From Dimorphilus gyrociliatus (lineage: Eukaryota > Animalia > Annelida): 64,000 nucleotides of DNA. Location of the stretch: NCBI GenBank assembly GCA_904063045.1, contig CAJFCJ010000019.1, positions 1,441,700-1,505,699 of the forward strand, read 5' to 3'. This document shows, piece after piece, positions 24,101-38,271 of this stretch (its first letter is position 1; each line of letters opens with the position of its first letter). Below the pieces are notes generated by a model, which saw only the letters and a list, made by a program, of their open reading frames with translations, ran no database searches and was not told the origin of the DNA. Made by a program: the position numbers and the translations under genes.

Positions 24101-25934
24101 TCCAGTTACTGGATCCTCCAATGGAACATCCATATTAGCTTGTTTCAAGAAGACATTTCCACGGCAAGCTCTCCAAAGCATTCTCTCAAATGCTGGCATT
24201 CTTTCTCTGACAATTACTCCAGCCACAAAACTGTTATTTTTTAAAATTTTAATAACAAAATTACATTAATAGTCTGCTAATATCCAATCAAAATCTTATG
24301 TAAAAATTCAAATATCCTATTAAGATAAAGCAGGAGATACTACTTTATCATTATTATTTTCTTTTATTTGAAAGTTCTTCACTTACGACAAATGACGCGA
24401 AGCTTCATGATAATTATGAGCTAAACTGGTACGAACTTCCTCAACAAGACTAACTGTTCGAGAATGAATATTCTGCAGATATAAATCTATTTTACGAAAA
24501 CACGGAGAAAATAGAAATTTCTTTCCTAACTTTCAATTGGGTTAAATGTTTTAATTTTGAATTATAATTAAAAAATTTTGCCTTGAATGAAAACTGGGAT
24601 AAAGAGGTCATGTAATATTTATTAAAGAAGCTCCGGGTTATTTGACATCACGCATTCATCATATCTTCATAGCGTATGAATATACCTACCCTAATCGTAA
24701 TGGCTGTTGACCAGTAGTTGGAGCTCTAACTTCTTCGCCTAGGAGTCCAACTGTTTCTTCTGCCATGTTAGGATCAGTCATCGCCTGGTATGGGTCAATA
24801 GTCGCATGAGCCTGTTGGTCAGAATTTTCCATCCCTCACTACACATGCCTCAAATACACACATGCTTAGCAGCTAAATAGTTTCTTTTTTTGTTTTAATT
24901 ATAGGTTCTAGTAAATTATAAATCAATAATATATAGAGAATTCAAGAATGAAGAAATGAGAAAAAAAAACAATATCTAGCATGCAAGTGTATATCTAAGG
25001 CGTGAAAAAGTGATTCTTATACTAACAACATCACCTCACAACTACTAGTTTTAAATGTTTTATAAGTAGCTTGATAATAATGAGTCACGGTAACTAAAAG
25101 TTTGTACTTTAAAAAGAAATATTAAATGAATGATATAATCAAAGCTAAAAATAGATCAAAATGAAATTATCTAAATGAATAAAAAGCATTTGAAAACTAT
25201 TCATTCCATGCATCACACACTCCATACCCCACCAAAACAAACATACCAGGTTTTTTAACAGCAATATGATACAATGTAAATGGATTAAAAGGTTTAAAAA
25301 CTACTTACCTCTTCGAAGAAACCTTGAGTTTTCCTAAGAATATGCTTTAATTCAGTTAATTCTAAGTAATTTCTCTTTAGAGCTTCAGCATTTGAATTCA
25401 CCTAAAACAATGAAATAGTACTATTATTTAATATCTCTGGAAAAATAGATCGAAATTTTTTATCAACTAAAACGAATAAATTTTATCTTACTTCTTTCAT
25501 TTCATTTTCTAATTTTTCAAAAGTAGCTTCCAAATCGATCATTTCTCTTGGAGCTGGAGCTTCCGGTAAATCTCCTGTATCAAGTTGAGGAATGTTGTCT
25601 TTCTCTAGCTCTTTTTCCAAAAATCTATTTGAGAAATCATTATTTAGAGAACAAATCGCGGAAAAATTTTTTCTGAATACAAACCGAAGCTTTCTCTCCA
25701 TTTCATCACATCTTCTAACCTCATTAACGAATTTTCGTTGAAATGCACTAACGTCCGGATTTAACTGAATTGATCGAAACTTTAAATATCTGTTAAGTTA
25801 ACAAAGTGATCCCTTACATCTCTAAATTGCACCAAGCCCAACTCTCCTAGTTCCGAAACACAAGCATAAGCTGCTTCAGACTGTAGGAAGAGCTGACACA
25901 GAGTCATTTCCTCACTTCTGTATAAGGATCCCAT
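21108..25934 (-). CDS. ATP6V0A1: V-type proton ATPase 116 kDa subunit a (a1-like)
   Basis: [102 protein letters not shown] (essential Arg), [15 protein letters not shown]. Includes alternative exons (see findings). Confidence 0.97.
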
Positions 25935-26529
25935 TTTGCAGCCTTATGAATCTATGAAAAAGTGTTTGGTTAAGATTAACAAGCCAAATTTAATTTCGAC
26001 AAATTATGAATTTACCTTTATTTTAAAAGAATATCATATGATTGACAAATATCTATTCAATATGGCTGCATCACATGACACTGAATTCTATGAAGGTATC
26101 ACTAAAAGTTATTTTCACTGGATGCGAACCATACTATTTGATTCTTGCAAAAAAACGTTTATGTTAAAGCTATTCTGAGCAAGCAACACTACCGACAACC
26201 ACAAATTTACATTTTTTTTTACTGATTAAAGTAATCAATAGTTTTTTCTAGTAGTATATTCTATTTTTTTTATATTTTGTAAATTCGTAAGAAGATATAG
26301 TAATTTAACTATATAAATATATACAGTATATAAATTTTATATAATACATATCTAAATTAACTTTGAATTTTTTTTAATGGCTATTTGATAGTTATTTTTT
26401 TATTTTTTTGTCCAGTCAGTTCCGCTACCGACCTGATTTAAGTCATACCGCCTATCAGAAAACGATCTGGTCTCTAGTATTGATCTGTACCTTTTGCATT
26501 CCTTCCCTCTTTTATTAATTTATTAAGAT

Positions 26530-27743
26530 ATGAGTTTTGTACACGAAGATTTTAATTCAGATGACGAGAGTAGCGATGAAGATTACATTCCTGGAGGTAA
26601 TATTATCTGAAAATAGTTCTTGTTTTCGACTGGTTCATTTAAACCGTTGGCAATAATTTTTTTTAAAACACTAGGTGCAAATTCAGAAGGTGAAAAATCA
26701 TTAAGTGAAGAAGATTCTGAGGTAGATGGTGATGATGTAAATACAGGAAGCAAAAGAAAAATAAAGAAAAAATCAAAGTCTTCAAAGTAAGTCGTGAACA
26801 GTATTGCGTGATTTGTAATTTTGAAAATTTCTTAAAAATAAAGATAGATAACTATTTATTTAAAGAGTTATTTTTTACGGGTAAACTTATTTAATCTTAT
26901 ATTTAGAAAATCTAAACTCGAGGAAAATGAAGAGGAAGCTACCGAAAAGAAATCCGTTGAAGATCGAAGAAAGATGGGTAGTATGCTTTTTGACCAATTT
27001 TTCAAGGGCGCAAAAGGTCAGTCAAAGAGTAAGGATAAATCTGAAGAGGAAGCAGAAAATAATTGTGTCAAGAAAACCGGTGAAAAGAAACTAGAGACTA
27101 CTTCAGTTAAAGCAGATGAAAAATTAACTGTAACTAAAGTATTCGATTTTGCCGGGGAAAAAATAACGTTTGTGTTTCTGAAGTCAGCATTCAATTGTTA
27201 AATAATCTTTCTTTTGAACTTAGCGTTAAGGAGGAAGTTAGCAAAAATTCGAAAGAGGGAAGACTTGAACAAAAGAGAATTGAAGAAGAGAAAAAAGCCG
27301 ATAACAAACCAGCCTGGTCAGTACTTAATAAACCATAATAAATTTATTTATCAGAGTAATGAATTTGTTATTTGTTAAAAAAGGATGAAAAAGACCAAAA
27401 CTAGTCTTACTGATAGGTTAACGTCCATGTCAACAAAGAAAAAAATGACAATAATCGTGAGTTACCTAAAGATTATTTTCATATTTTTAAAGCTAAAATA
27501 TTTTGCAGAATAAATCTAGTATGGACTGGAATGTCTTTAAAAGTGATTCAAAAATCGAAAGCGAACTGGAACAACATAATCGCAGTAAGAATAGGTAATT
27601 AATGGTATTAATATTTTATTAAGAACTTAAATTAATAAGTTTCTTTTCTGTTTTTCAGCTTTGTTCAGAGACAAAATTTCCTTCAAAATACTGATTTAAA
27701 ACAACATGAGTTGGATATCAACGCCAAACTATCAAAAAGATAA
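26530..27743 (+). CDS. CFDP1: Craniofacial development protein 1 (BCNT/Swc5 family)
   Basis: Acidic N-terminus MSFVHEDFNSDDESSDEDYIPG, TVTKVFDFAGEKI, and C-terminal BCNT domain (KSSMDWNVFKSDSKIESELEQHNRSKN...FVQRQNFL). About 6 introns. Confidence 0.9.
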
Positions 27744-28266
27744 TTAGCGTTTTTCTTTTAGAATATATTAACGTTAGACCATTTACCTATGACTTGAAAA
27801 AGTTTAAGATATACATATTACTTTTTGAAGAGATAAAACTATTGTATTAGTAAATTTTGTGGATATTTTTGTTGTTTCATTCATAAATTAAAACCAACGA
27901 CAATGTCAAAAGTTTCTTATATCTGGCAATTTTTCTTCACTGTATATATTTAATATCTACTATCAAGCTATGAATCAGTACAAATTGTTGCAAAATCTTC
28001 ACATTCTGATCATACTTTTTGCTCCCTATTCTTAATTATTCTGTATTTGTTGTCAAATTAACAATTCAAACATCAGTTATAAAGTACATAGACCAAATTC
28101 CAAGAATTTTCATTGACAAGCGGTTATAATCGTAGTCATGTTAAGTAAAAGTTTGTATTTAATTGCTGCCAACAGAGGATATTTCTGTATTTAACGTTAG
28201 AATAATAAACAGGTTATCGCATTTTGTCTGCATTTTTATATTTCTATAACAAACATTATTTACACA

Positions 28267-29468
28267 TTATTTCCTCATCCAATACTTTCTGTACCACATT
28301 AAGAATGTAATTGCAGATAGAGAATACCTAGGACATACAAATTAATACAAGTCAGAAGATTAATTAGTGCTCACCATGTGATTATATAAGAAAAGTGCTC
28401 ATTCCTAAGTGTCACTCTTGTTTGACCTCCAATCGGACCACCTGGTATTGTACTGCCTGTTTAGCGTGAATTGTATTTTTTTAGCTTAACTTTTCAGTGA
28501 AACTACTAACTGTGATCGGCGTCGAGAAACACTGGATCCGTATCAAGATAATAGCTCATTTCTTCTACATCTCTGTTAAACCATTGATTCATTTCTGGCT
28601 TATTCTTTGTATATTGACGCTGTTAAATGTCACTGTAGATTACATTTCTTTTCAAATTAGAAAGAAATACCTTCTCCGTTGTCCGAACGACTCCAGTAAG
28701 AGTAATCGTATTGTTAATTTGTCCTTCAGGCCTCGAGTTTGGCTTAACCTTTCCTCTGGGAACCCATCCTCTATTAATCAAAATGGTAGAGCTGAAACAT
28801 AACATTGAGAACATTGTAGAAGTTTAACATTCACAATATTTATATACTTTCTATCTTCCAAGATAAAAGGGGTAATAATATGAGCGCCTATGGTTGCTGA
28901 GCTGGAACCCAATCCACTACGCTTGCTATCATCACTCTCCAGGCGACTTCTAGGCTCGATGCATATCTCGCGACGGTGATCAAACCTGCCGGTTACTTTA
29001 ACTTTTCTATATTCCATATCTTCCAGTTCTTGAAAGCTTGAAATGAAATGAAAAAAAAATAAAGTTTTCTCTGAAATAATTTTACATACTCTACTGGTAA
29101 TTCTACTGGTTCAGCTGTTGTTCTCTTCTGAAGATCCTCAATAAGACCCAGCTTCCACTTTCTTCTCTGAACTTGCCAAGTTCCTAATGCGGCTGCCGCA
29201 AGCGGTACCACCTAAACCAGATAATATACGTATAACTTTTTAACTATTAATTCACAAAATAAATTATAATTACCAGAAGTGCATAATTACCACCTTCGGA
29301 ATGAGAGGATTGCATAGGATTTACTTTAGATGAAGAAGCATGTTTTGGATGTTGAAGAGAAAATGTTGGACGAATAAAACGTCCCTATTGAAATAATGTT
29401 ATTCAAGAAGGTCACATAGGTAGACTTACCACATGTGTTTTAGAGAATATATTCAAATTTCTTAGCAT
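28267..29468 (-). CDS. SURF1: Surfeit locus protein 1 (cytochrome c oxidase assembly)
   Basis: [66 protein letters not shown]. Confidence 0.95.
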
Positions 29469-29803
29469 TCTTGTACCTTTTACATGAGAGAATATCTATA
29501 ATTTTAAAAGATTTTCATATATTTTGAGTGAATGTTTAAATATATAGAATTTGTTTTTTTTCTTCTATAAACTGGTAACGGCGAAATAAGTAAATTTATT
29601 TAGAATCTCCGGATTTAATTAGAATTTATATAAAAATAATCGAGAAAGTGTTAAGAAAATTTTTTAAAAGGTTTTCATTGATCCAAAAAAGAAAAGTATG
29701 TACTCTTTTTTTAACTATATCACAAAATATCTACGAATTTTTATTTTTTGTATGTTTTGCCAACTGTTCAACGCAGTGCATCAAAACTTCTTGATCAAGG
29801 AAT

Positions 29804-32800
29804 ATGTGCACTCCAGAGCAAGAAATATTAAAAAATTTAACTTCTGCCATCGACCTGTCATTATCTCAAGATTGCTCTGCATCTGATAGACAAAAAGCTT
29901 ATACGGTAATTACAAAATTGTTCCAACAATGGTTGCTTGTAATATCGCTCTTTTAACAGTTTTGTGAAGACTTCAAGGCAAACTATCCCGATAGCACATA
30001 TATTGCTTTTTTACTTGCTTACAATCAAAATCAAGATACACATAGACACTTTGGGTGTCAACTAATTGAGCATACAGTTAAGTGAGTACTAATTGATTTT
30101 CTATGAAAACGTGTTTGCAATGTAATGTATAACTAAAATTTAAATCTCTAATACAGATTTAAATGGAATATTCTTTCTATCGTGGATAAAGTGGGAATTA
30201 AAGATAGGACGACATGTCTAGTATTACAAGTGAATATCTATATTTTAACACACCTCTCTAAACAAATCCTTATATTATATATACTGTATATTTATATATG
30301 ATTTTTAATAGGGTCTTAAAAATATACAAGATGAAAAGGATTACATCAAAGATGCAGTTAGTAGAATTATTGTTGAAATTATAAAGAGGGAATGGCCACA
30401 ACAATGGCCTTCTCTTATGGACGAATTAACTTCACTTTTGCATTCTGGTGTAAGTTTTAAGTTGACTTTTTCAAACTTTTTAATAAACAGTCTTTCTTTC
30501 AATCACTAGCCTGTGCAGGCTCAAGTCGTTCTTCTTGTTTTGTTACGTTTAGCCGAAGATGTTGTTGCTTTACAAACAGTTCAGAGTCAGAGACGCAAAG
30601 ATATTCTTGCTGGACTAAATTCTGAAATGGAAAATATATTCAAATTTATGTTAGCACCACTCCAAAAATATGTAGAAGTCTCGAGCGTTAGTATTTCATA
30701 TTACAATTATGAATATTTATTTAAGAATTGTTAATTCTTTTAGAACATTCCTATTAATTCTGAACAAGTTTATGTTAATACCCTAGTCGCTAGGACCACA
30801 TTGTCAACTTTATCAGGATATGTTGACTGGGTTCCTGTAGAGATTTTATTACTACAAGACAATTTGCTGCTGAAGGTATTTATTGTGTTTAAATTAAAGA
30901 TTATTTGAGAAAAGTTCTTTTTTTATTCAGCTACTGATAAGTCTACTCAAATCTGATCTCAAAGTCAAAGCGGCCGAAGTTTTTCTCTTGATAACTTCTC
31001 GAAAGGTACTGCTTTTTTAAACCATTTAAGTTTTATGTTAAAGATTTTTTTTTTGTTGAAATAAGGGAAGGACTGTCGATAAAGAAGCACTATTGTTTCT
31101 CTTTCGTGAAGAATATCTTCAAAATATTATTGATGCTGTTATGTTTGTAAAATTATCATTTTCTTGCGTTCATCACTGAGATAATTTTATTCTTTAGGTC
31201 TGTAGTGAATAAGTGTAATTTTGAAGATTTCTTTTGCTTGAAAGTACTTTGTCAATCTCTAACTGCAATTGGTATTATCCTTTTATCCTGCTGGGTATAT
31301 TTATAGGAATTTTTATTTAACTTTATCATTATTGAAAGAAATTTCAGAAAAAGGACATTGATGAGACTTATCTTATAAAAGAGTATTTACCTTGTATGCT
31401 GGGATTTTCAACTCATGAAAGTCGGGCGCTATCTTCATTAACTATTCCTTTTTGGAGTGCATTATTAAAAGAGAGCAAAGCTCGGAATATAACCGAGCAA
31501 ATATTTCAGCAATTCGTTAATGCTCTCTATACAAATCTGCGAAAAGTAACAAAGAATATTTAACTTTTACATCTTTTAAAAAACATGATGTTTTTTCACA
31601 GATTGATCAGGAGTTAAATCCTTATAGTTGCTTTGATTTTGATAACGAAATTGAATATATGCACTTTTTTAGTAGTAAGAAATTTTTAAAATCTTAATAT
31701 TTACTATCGTATTTACTCTATATCGATTGTTCCTGCAGAATTTCGAAATGATGTCACTGAATTGATAAGATTAGCTTCATCACATTGGCCTAGGGTTATG
31801 TTTACTGCTGTTGTTGAAATTTTAACAGCTAGAATGTCTCAAGTTGTCAATTATGCAAATGGTTTAAGTGAAGAATAGAAATTCTTATCAAATAATTAAA
31901 TATTATTCTTTTATAGCCAATGAAGTGAATCTAGCTTCGGTAGAATGGGATACAACATCGTGTTTTGTTGATGCTGTTTGCTCGAAGCTGACTCAATCAA
32001 ATGAAATAGATATGCATAAAATTTTACATATATTCAAACAGATGTTGGCATTCAATGTTGTGGTAAACTAATGAATTAAAAAAATATCTCTTATTTATAT
32101 TTTCTTGAAAATTTCTTTTTTTTTGCAGGAAGCTAATATCCTTTCATCTCTACTTTCTTGTATATCTGCTTTCATTCCTTACTTACAATACTGCCCAGAC
32201 GTTGTATTGCCTCTACTTGATAAAGTTAGTTTTCTTTCATACTGATATATTTAGATAATAACATAAAATTATTATATAACTATTACAGACTTTCTCAGCA
32301 GCTGTCTATAAAATAGATGGTCAAACAAAATCAACAAGAAGTAGGCCTGTAAAAAATGTCAGAAGGCATGCCTGTTCTTTGGTTGTGAAAATGTGCAAAC
32401 AATCACCTCATCTATTTTTGGTTAGTAATTTTTTATCATTAAATTCTTTAGTTTTCATTCTGAAATTCTTTAACAGCCACATTTTAATCATCTTTATGAT
32501 CACGTCAAGAGAGTGTGCGCTGATCCAGACGAACTTTCTAAAATGGAAAAATGTGCCCTCACAGAAGCCATGCTACTCTTAAGGTAAACTATATAAAAAT
32601 TTATATATATATATAATACTTGTCATACTTCATTATAAATGCTATATTAATTTCAGTAACGGATTTGAATCGTTTGAAAAACAACGTGACCTAATTGGAG
32701 AAATTCTTAAACCAGTTTACGAATTTTGGAATTCTCCTCAATATAAAGAGTAAACAACTTTTTAATCTTCCATTATTTATCAACAAAAAAGTAATAAAAA

Positions 32801-35036
32801 TTTTTATTTAAAACAATAGATTGATTTATAATCCTGACAAATTTATGGACTCGATTGGTTTAAGCAAACCAGCTGTTGATCCTAGTACAGAAGATATTTA
32901 TGGTATTTTAAGATCACAAGTAAAATATTACCTAAGTGTTTCAAGTTTGAAAAATATTTATTTCTCTCTCACTTCCTCTAGATTATTCATAGTCTCTTTA
33001 CAATTTTTGCCGTTGTTAGAAGGGTAACAATTCCAGCTGATACTAACGTAATTATTTTTTTCTTATATTGACACTATTTGTTTGAATAATAATCAATTAT
33101 TATACCCGTGTATTGAATAGGTAGCTGTAAAATGTGGATATGCTACTGTTGTAAATGGGAAACAGTATTTACAGAATCCGGCTTGCGACCATGTGAAACC
33201 ATTATTAGAAAATATTATCGGCTTACAAAAGTACTAAACTATTATATATAAACTAATACAAAAATGATTATTGTGTTTTTTTTAAAAAAAAAAGAATATA
33301 CTATCAACTCTGGCAACCAGAATATATCAAGCGTCGTCATCCTGATTTCTCAAAAGTATTCCTTTTAAGTGAAAGTGACAGGATGAATATTTTTGGTTTA
33401 TACTAAGAAAATCTCTCTAATATTTTTATATATAATTTGTTAATTTTTCAACAGGTAGACATGTTTATTTATCTACAAATGAATCCCACAATGAAAAAAA
33501 TCCCCAAGATCGTATGCAAAACTTCCTTAAGACTATTCATGATTACAGGTTCAATTTTAAATGAATTTATAGATAACAAAAAATTCATTCAATAATTTTT
33601 TCCTTAGTAATCATATTTTGGGACATTACGGAATATGCTTAGGTCGTAATTTGTATAATATTCAAGGACTATCAGAAGTGCTTGTATCATGTTTGTTTCC
33701 TGGACTAAATTTAGTCACCGATTGTCATGTTCGAAGTGTTATAAGAACTTTTCTAAAGCCTTATTTCTTGAATTGTCCAAAAGAGTATTGGTCAGAGAAT
33801 GTTTTACATATGCTTTCAAAATTTTGTCCTTTCATGTATAGCGTAAGTAATCTATACAATTCTTTGACTTTAACATTCACTTTGAAAATTTCATAATTTA
33901 CAGAGATTGGAAGTTAGATGGCAGAGGATTGATGATTATTCGGAGGCAATGTAAAAATGCTATTTTTTCAAAAATTATAAGCATTATTTATCAAAATTAT
34001 CATATTTTGCAGCAGTGAATGCGAGACAAATACTGAAAGTGAAGAAGTACTTGAGGATCAATTATTACGTTTATTGACTAGGGAATATTTGGATTTGTTA
34101 ATTGTATTATGTTTTTCAAAAAAATTAGCCTCAAATACTGAGACAGAAAGTAAAGAAATGGTAATGGATGAAACTGAAGCAATAAATACATCAAATTCGT
34201 CAAATGATTTAACTGAATGTGGATTGACAATATGCTCAAAAGAGGTTTATAAAAAGCACATATCTTATTTAATATTTTTACTTTTTTATTCTCGAAGGAT
34301 TTATTTCAATGTCTTGTTGTTACCATATTTACAATTATGGTTAAGAATGACTCATCATCTTGCGCTAAATGTGTTAATTTAGCCCAAGCTTTTGTAAAGC
34401 AGATATTCATCAATGTAATTGGAAAAACAATAAATATAGCGATGAAATATATTCTAATACAATGTTTTTTTCTGCAGAATCCCTGTTTATTATCCACTGA
34501 AAGTGTCTGTAACATGTTCAAGTGCATTTTAAATGCCTTACATGTACAGAGTAAAAGTGACGGTATAACTGCTTCACTCGTTATGTTGTCAATGCATTTT
34601 TACACAATTTTGGTATGATATAAAATATTCATTTTTATCACTGAAATTCCATTTTATATTACTTATTTCTTTGATTAGAGACCTCATCATCCTCAATTAG
34701 TTGAAGTAATGAAACAAATACCAAATATTTCAAATGAAGCCTTACTAAACTATGAGAAACATACTATGAATAGTTCTCTAACCGATAAGAAGAAAAGAAA
34801 TGCATTTAAAGTACTAATAAATGGTGCTATAGGGGTAAATAATTAATAATTGTTTGTAAATTCAATTAACTGATTAATTCATATTTTTCAATAAAAAACA
34901 GCATCATATTAGTGAAGAATATAAATTGAAAATCCGCATTGAAGATTTACCCAGACTTGTTGCAAGGAATATGAAAGTTTCTAACACTGAAGATATATCT
35001 AATCTAGGACTTTGTGAATTGTTTTCAAATAAGTAA
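29804..35036 (+). CDS. XPO5: Exportin-5
   Basis: MCTPEQEILKNLTSAIDLSLSQDCSASDRQKAYT|FCEDFK, RHFGCQLIEHTV, KDAVSRIIVEIIKREWPQQWP, LLRLAEDVVALQTVQSQRRKDI; C-terminus ...NLGLCELFSNK*. Over 20 short introns; internal boundaries not all checked. Confidence 0.92.
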
Positions 35037-36075
35037 CGACAGATTATTTATTTATGAATAATTCAACTATAAAAGTTAACAAATACAGGCTTTAAACAAT
35101 TCCTCTTTCTTACAAAATTTAAAAAAGAACTTTATTTGATTATTGATAATCATCACTTAATAATTTGTTTCACATGGAAAGAAATAAAAGAGACAGTCTA
35201 TAGTAATTACGGACCAATACTTAATTATTAATTCAGTATATAAATGCTTCAGAAGCTAGCTATTAGTTTGAAAATTGAGAAATTTAAATGGTGAAAGTTT
35301 TGGTTAGAACTGTTGGTATTTCATTTACTAATGTATTCTAATGTATTTGTTTTATATACTTCAATTAAGGTAGACTTGAAATAAATGTTATGGAAAATAA
35401 TTGACACGTACTATCGCAGAAATCAAACTGCAAATTTATTATAGATAGTTTCGAAAAAACCCAATATTATCAGATAATTTATTTGTATAAACTCAAAAAG
35501 AAACAAAATTTCAATGCTTTCCATTTTAGTAAATTAAAGAACTGATTGAATATATACTCTTTGGGACGGATCATTATCAAAACAAAGAGTATTATGTAAT
35601 ATTATGTACCAAACAAAAGTGATCGTGGATGAGACCAACAACGAAGTTAGCCATTTATAACTGTAAATGACAGAAGAATTGAATAATTATATTCAATTTA
35701 TGAGTAGTTTAAATCTGATAAATAAAATACTGTATTTTAGATTGTTAAGAAAAAAACAATATCATAAGATACCAGCCAATCTTTTTGAAAATAATTAATT
35801 ATTCTAGTAATAACACTAAGAATTTGAATTTGGCACGAATTCACTTGATATCTAGGTTTTTAACTGGCCGAACAAATTTATAACAATTTGTCATTGAGAT
35901 AGAGTTTAACAAACTCAAATGTTTCGATGTGACACTAAGTTTAAAATATGACAAATGTAAATATACTTCAAATGACATATGCAAATGACACATATAAGTG
36001 TAAATAAAATATATACATTATTAAATTTTAACTCAACGTAAAAATATAGTTTTCGATCACTAGAGATCTATTAAA

Positions 36076-37479
36076 TTATCTACTATCGTCTGTCTCCTCC
36101 AAGCATAGATTAATATCAGAATCTTCTTCATAAGTAACATGAATTTCGCTACTATTAATAGTGCCAGACTTTAATTCGTTATCACTTGCTAATTCAATCG
36201 GCGATAATTTTAATTCCTATAGAAAATTTATTTTAACGAATTGTCTTATGTTAAAGAATTCTACCTCTATGACAGGCCTGTCCTTCAAATTTTTGGGAGT
36301 ACTAGTTTTCTGAAAAAAAATATAGAATATCAGCACAATTTGGCATAGTTCCGTCTTAAATACATACTTTTGCAAAGTTTGATAAGGATTTAGCCTTAGG
36401 TGATGTATTGACACCTCCGGAATAGCCCTTAATAGCTGCTGATTTAATCTGATTGCTATTCTCTTTCTGCTGTTCACACTTTTCAAAGGCTGTCATTAAA
36501 TTTCTTCGTGGGTTAAGAGTTATATTTGAAACAACATTTTCGGAAGATAAATTAGATTCAGAAAAAGAAAAATTCTTGTTGTTGTATGAAGAGCGAACGG
36601 ATGAAACTGTCATAAATTTTTTAATTGGAAGCGGCTTTTCATCTTGAGATCTCACCCTCTTCCTCATATGTCTAATCTTTCGAGGCAAATCTTTATCAGC
36701 AATAGTTTTAAATGTCACAGGATGTAAAATAGACAATTCAACTTGAGACTCTCCGTTTGGAAAGCATCTCCTTGTTCTAACTTCAACAGCTATTATTTGT
36801 TTTTTTTTGTTTAAATGCATTATTGGCGGTTCTTCTTCGCAATAATCGAAACCTACAGAGTCATTTTGCTTCTCCGATGGTAAAACTGTTGATATAAGAT
36901 CTCGTTCAACAAATTTATCCACTTTTGTACTTTTGTTCGATGACTCTAAGCTAATAGAGTTATAGAAGGCGTCAGTGTCTGTGCAAATTAAGATATTGTA
37001 AGATTTCGATTTTCAAGAAAATATATGCGTTTTACTGATAGATGAAATGTTTTCTAAATCAACTTCTTGCAGCGGTTCTTTTGATTTCTCAAGCAGATTA
37101 TTGTTAATTTGAAAGCCATCTAAGATTGAAAAAAAAACGAGAGAAAAATATTTATTCTTTCTATATACAGTTCAAAGAGCTAAATTCATAATAACAAATA
37201 TTCTTAAATACATATATATGAAAGATATCCTTAAAGTAAATTACCGAAACTTTGTAATAAATGAAGAGAATGGAGTCTCTCTCTGGCTTTCTCGACGTCT
37301 GGTAAACTTGTTTCATTAAGTTCTCTGGTCAAATCATTTGATAGTAAACAAGTGTTTATTTCAGTTGTATTATTTTCTCACCCCTTTCTTTTCTTTTCAC
37401 CTTGATTCTGTTGTTTATTTCGCCTTGAGTAAGTCACTCTCCTTTTGCGATGTCTTGATATTTGAAACACCTCAGACAT
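36076..37479 (-). CDS. Uncharacterised ~350-aa low-complexity protein with YSR-like, KEN and S/T-P motifs
   Basis: Six exons joined by 48-125 nt GT-AG introns with consistent phases, from MSEVFQISRHRKRRVTYSRRNK to ...LEETDDSR*. No recognisable folded domain. Confidence 0.7.
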
Positions 37480-37696
37480 TGTGAGTAGATTGCTCACAAT
37501 TCGAACACGACTACAAACTCAGATTATAATGATTTACTCTTTCATTAATATGAAAATTACCTTCAAAATTTTAATAAAATGATAAATCTCTATGCTTATC
37601 AGTTTTAGATTAATAAGGAGAAAATATTGAATTGTAATAACAATCGAAAATCGAACATTCGATTTAAATGTTCGAAACTATGACGAAATACAATAA

Positions 37697-37726
37697 CCGC
37701 GAAAACGGGTATTCATTGGCGCCAAA
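37697..37726 (-). promoter_or_regulatory. Two E2F-like sites upstream of the orphan gene
   Basis: TTTTCGCGG (37697-37705) and TTTGGCGCCAA (37716-37726) on the minus strand, about 220-245 bp upstream of ATG 37479; close to the TTTSSCGC consensus. Confidence 0.4.
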
Positions 37727-38271
37727 GTGTAATTTTTAAATATTATATGTGTGAATCTTTTAGTGGCATCTTTAATTGATAGATGAGTAAGATAAAGTAT
37801 TAATTATTGACATGAAAATTATTTAGTTAAGAATTTCTTTATGTTTCACACATTTTATGCAATATCTTTCCTCTTCCGACAGTCTAGCAAAGCAGCCAAT
37901 TGAAATTTTAATTAGGGAACAACTAAGTGGGAAAAGAGGGGGAAAATATAACAAAAATAGTTAAAGAATTAATTTTTAACCCTGTTAAGGAATAATAGCA
38001 AAAGTGCTTATATATTAACTGAAATTAATTGAAAACAGAAAGAGTGAAAGATTTTTATGCCTATAATAATAAGAGAAGGTAATTTTTTATTTTAACTTTA
38101 CCCCGAAGTCTACGCCCCTAACAATTGGCAGACTGGTTAGAAAGATCCAATCAGCGGCGTTCAAAGTTTCCCAAAAAGATTTGACATCTCAAGTTCGTTT
38201 AAAACTACATCATTTAGTCAGATTGATCTCTGAGAAGACATCGCTTGGAGTCTATCATAAAAACATAAATT

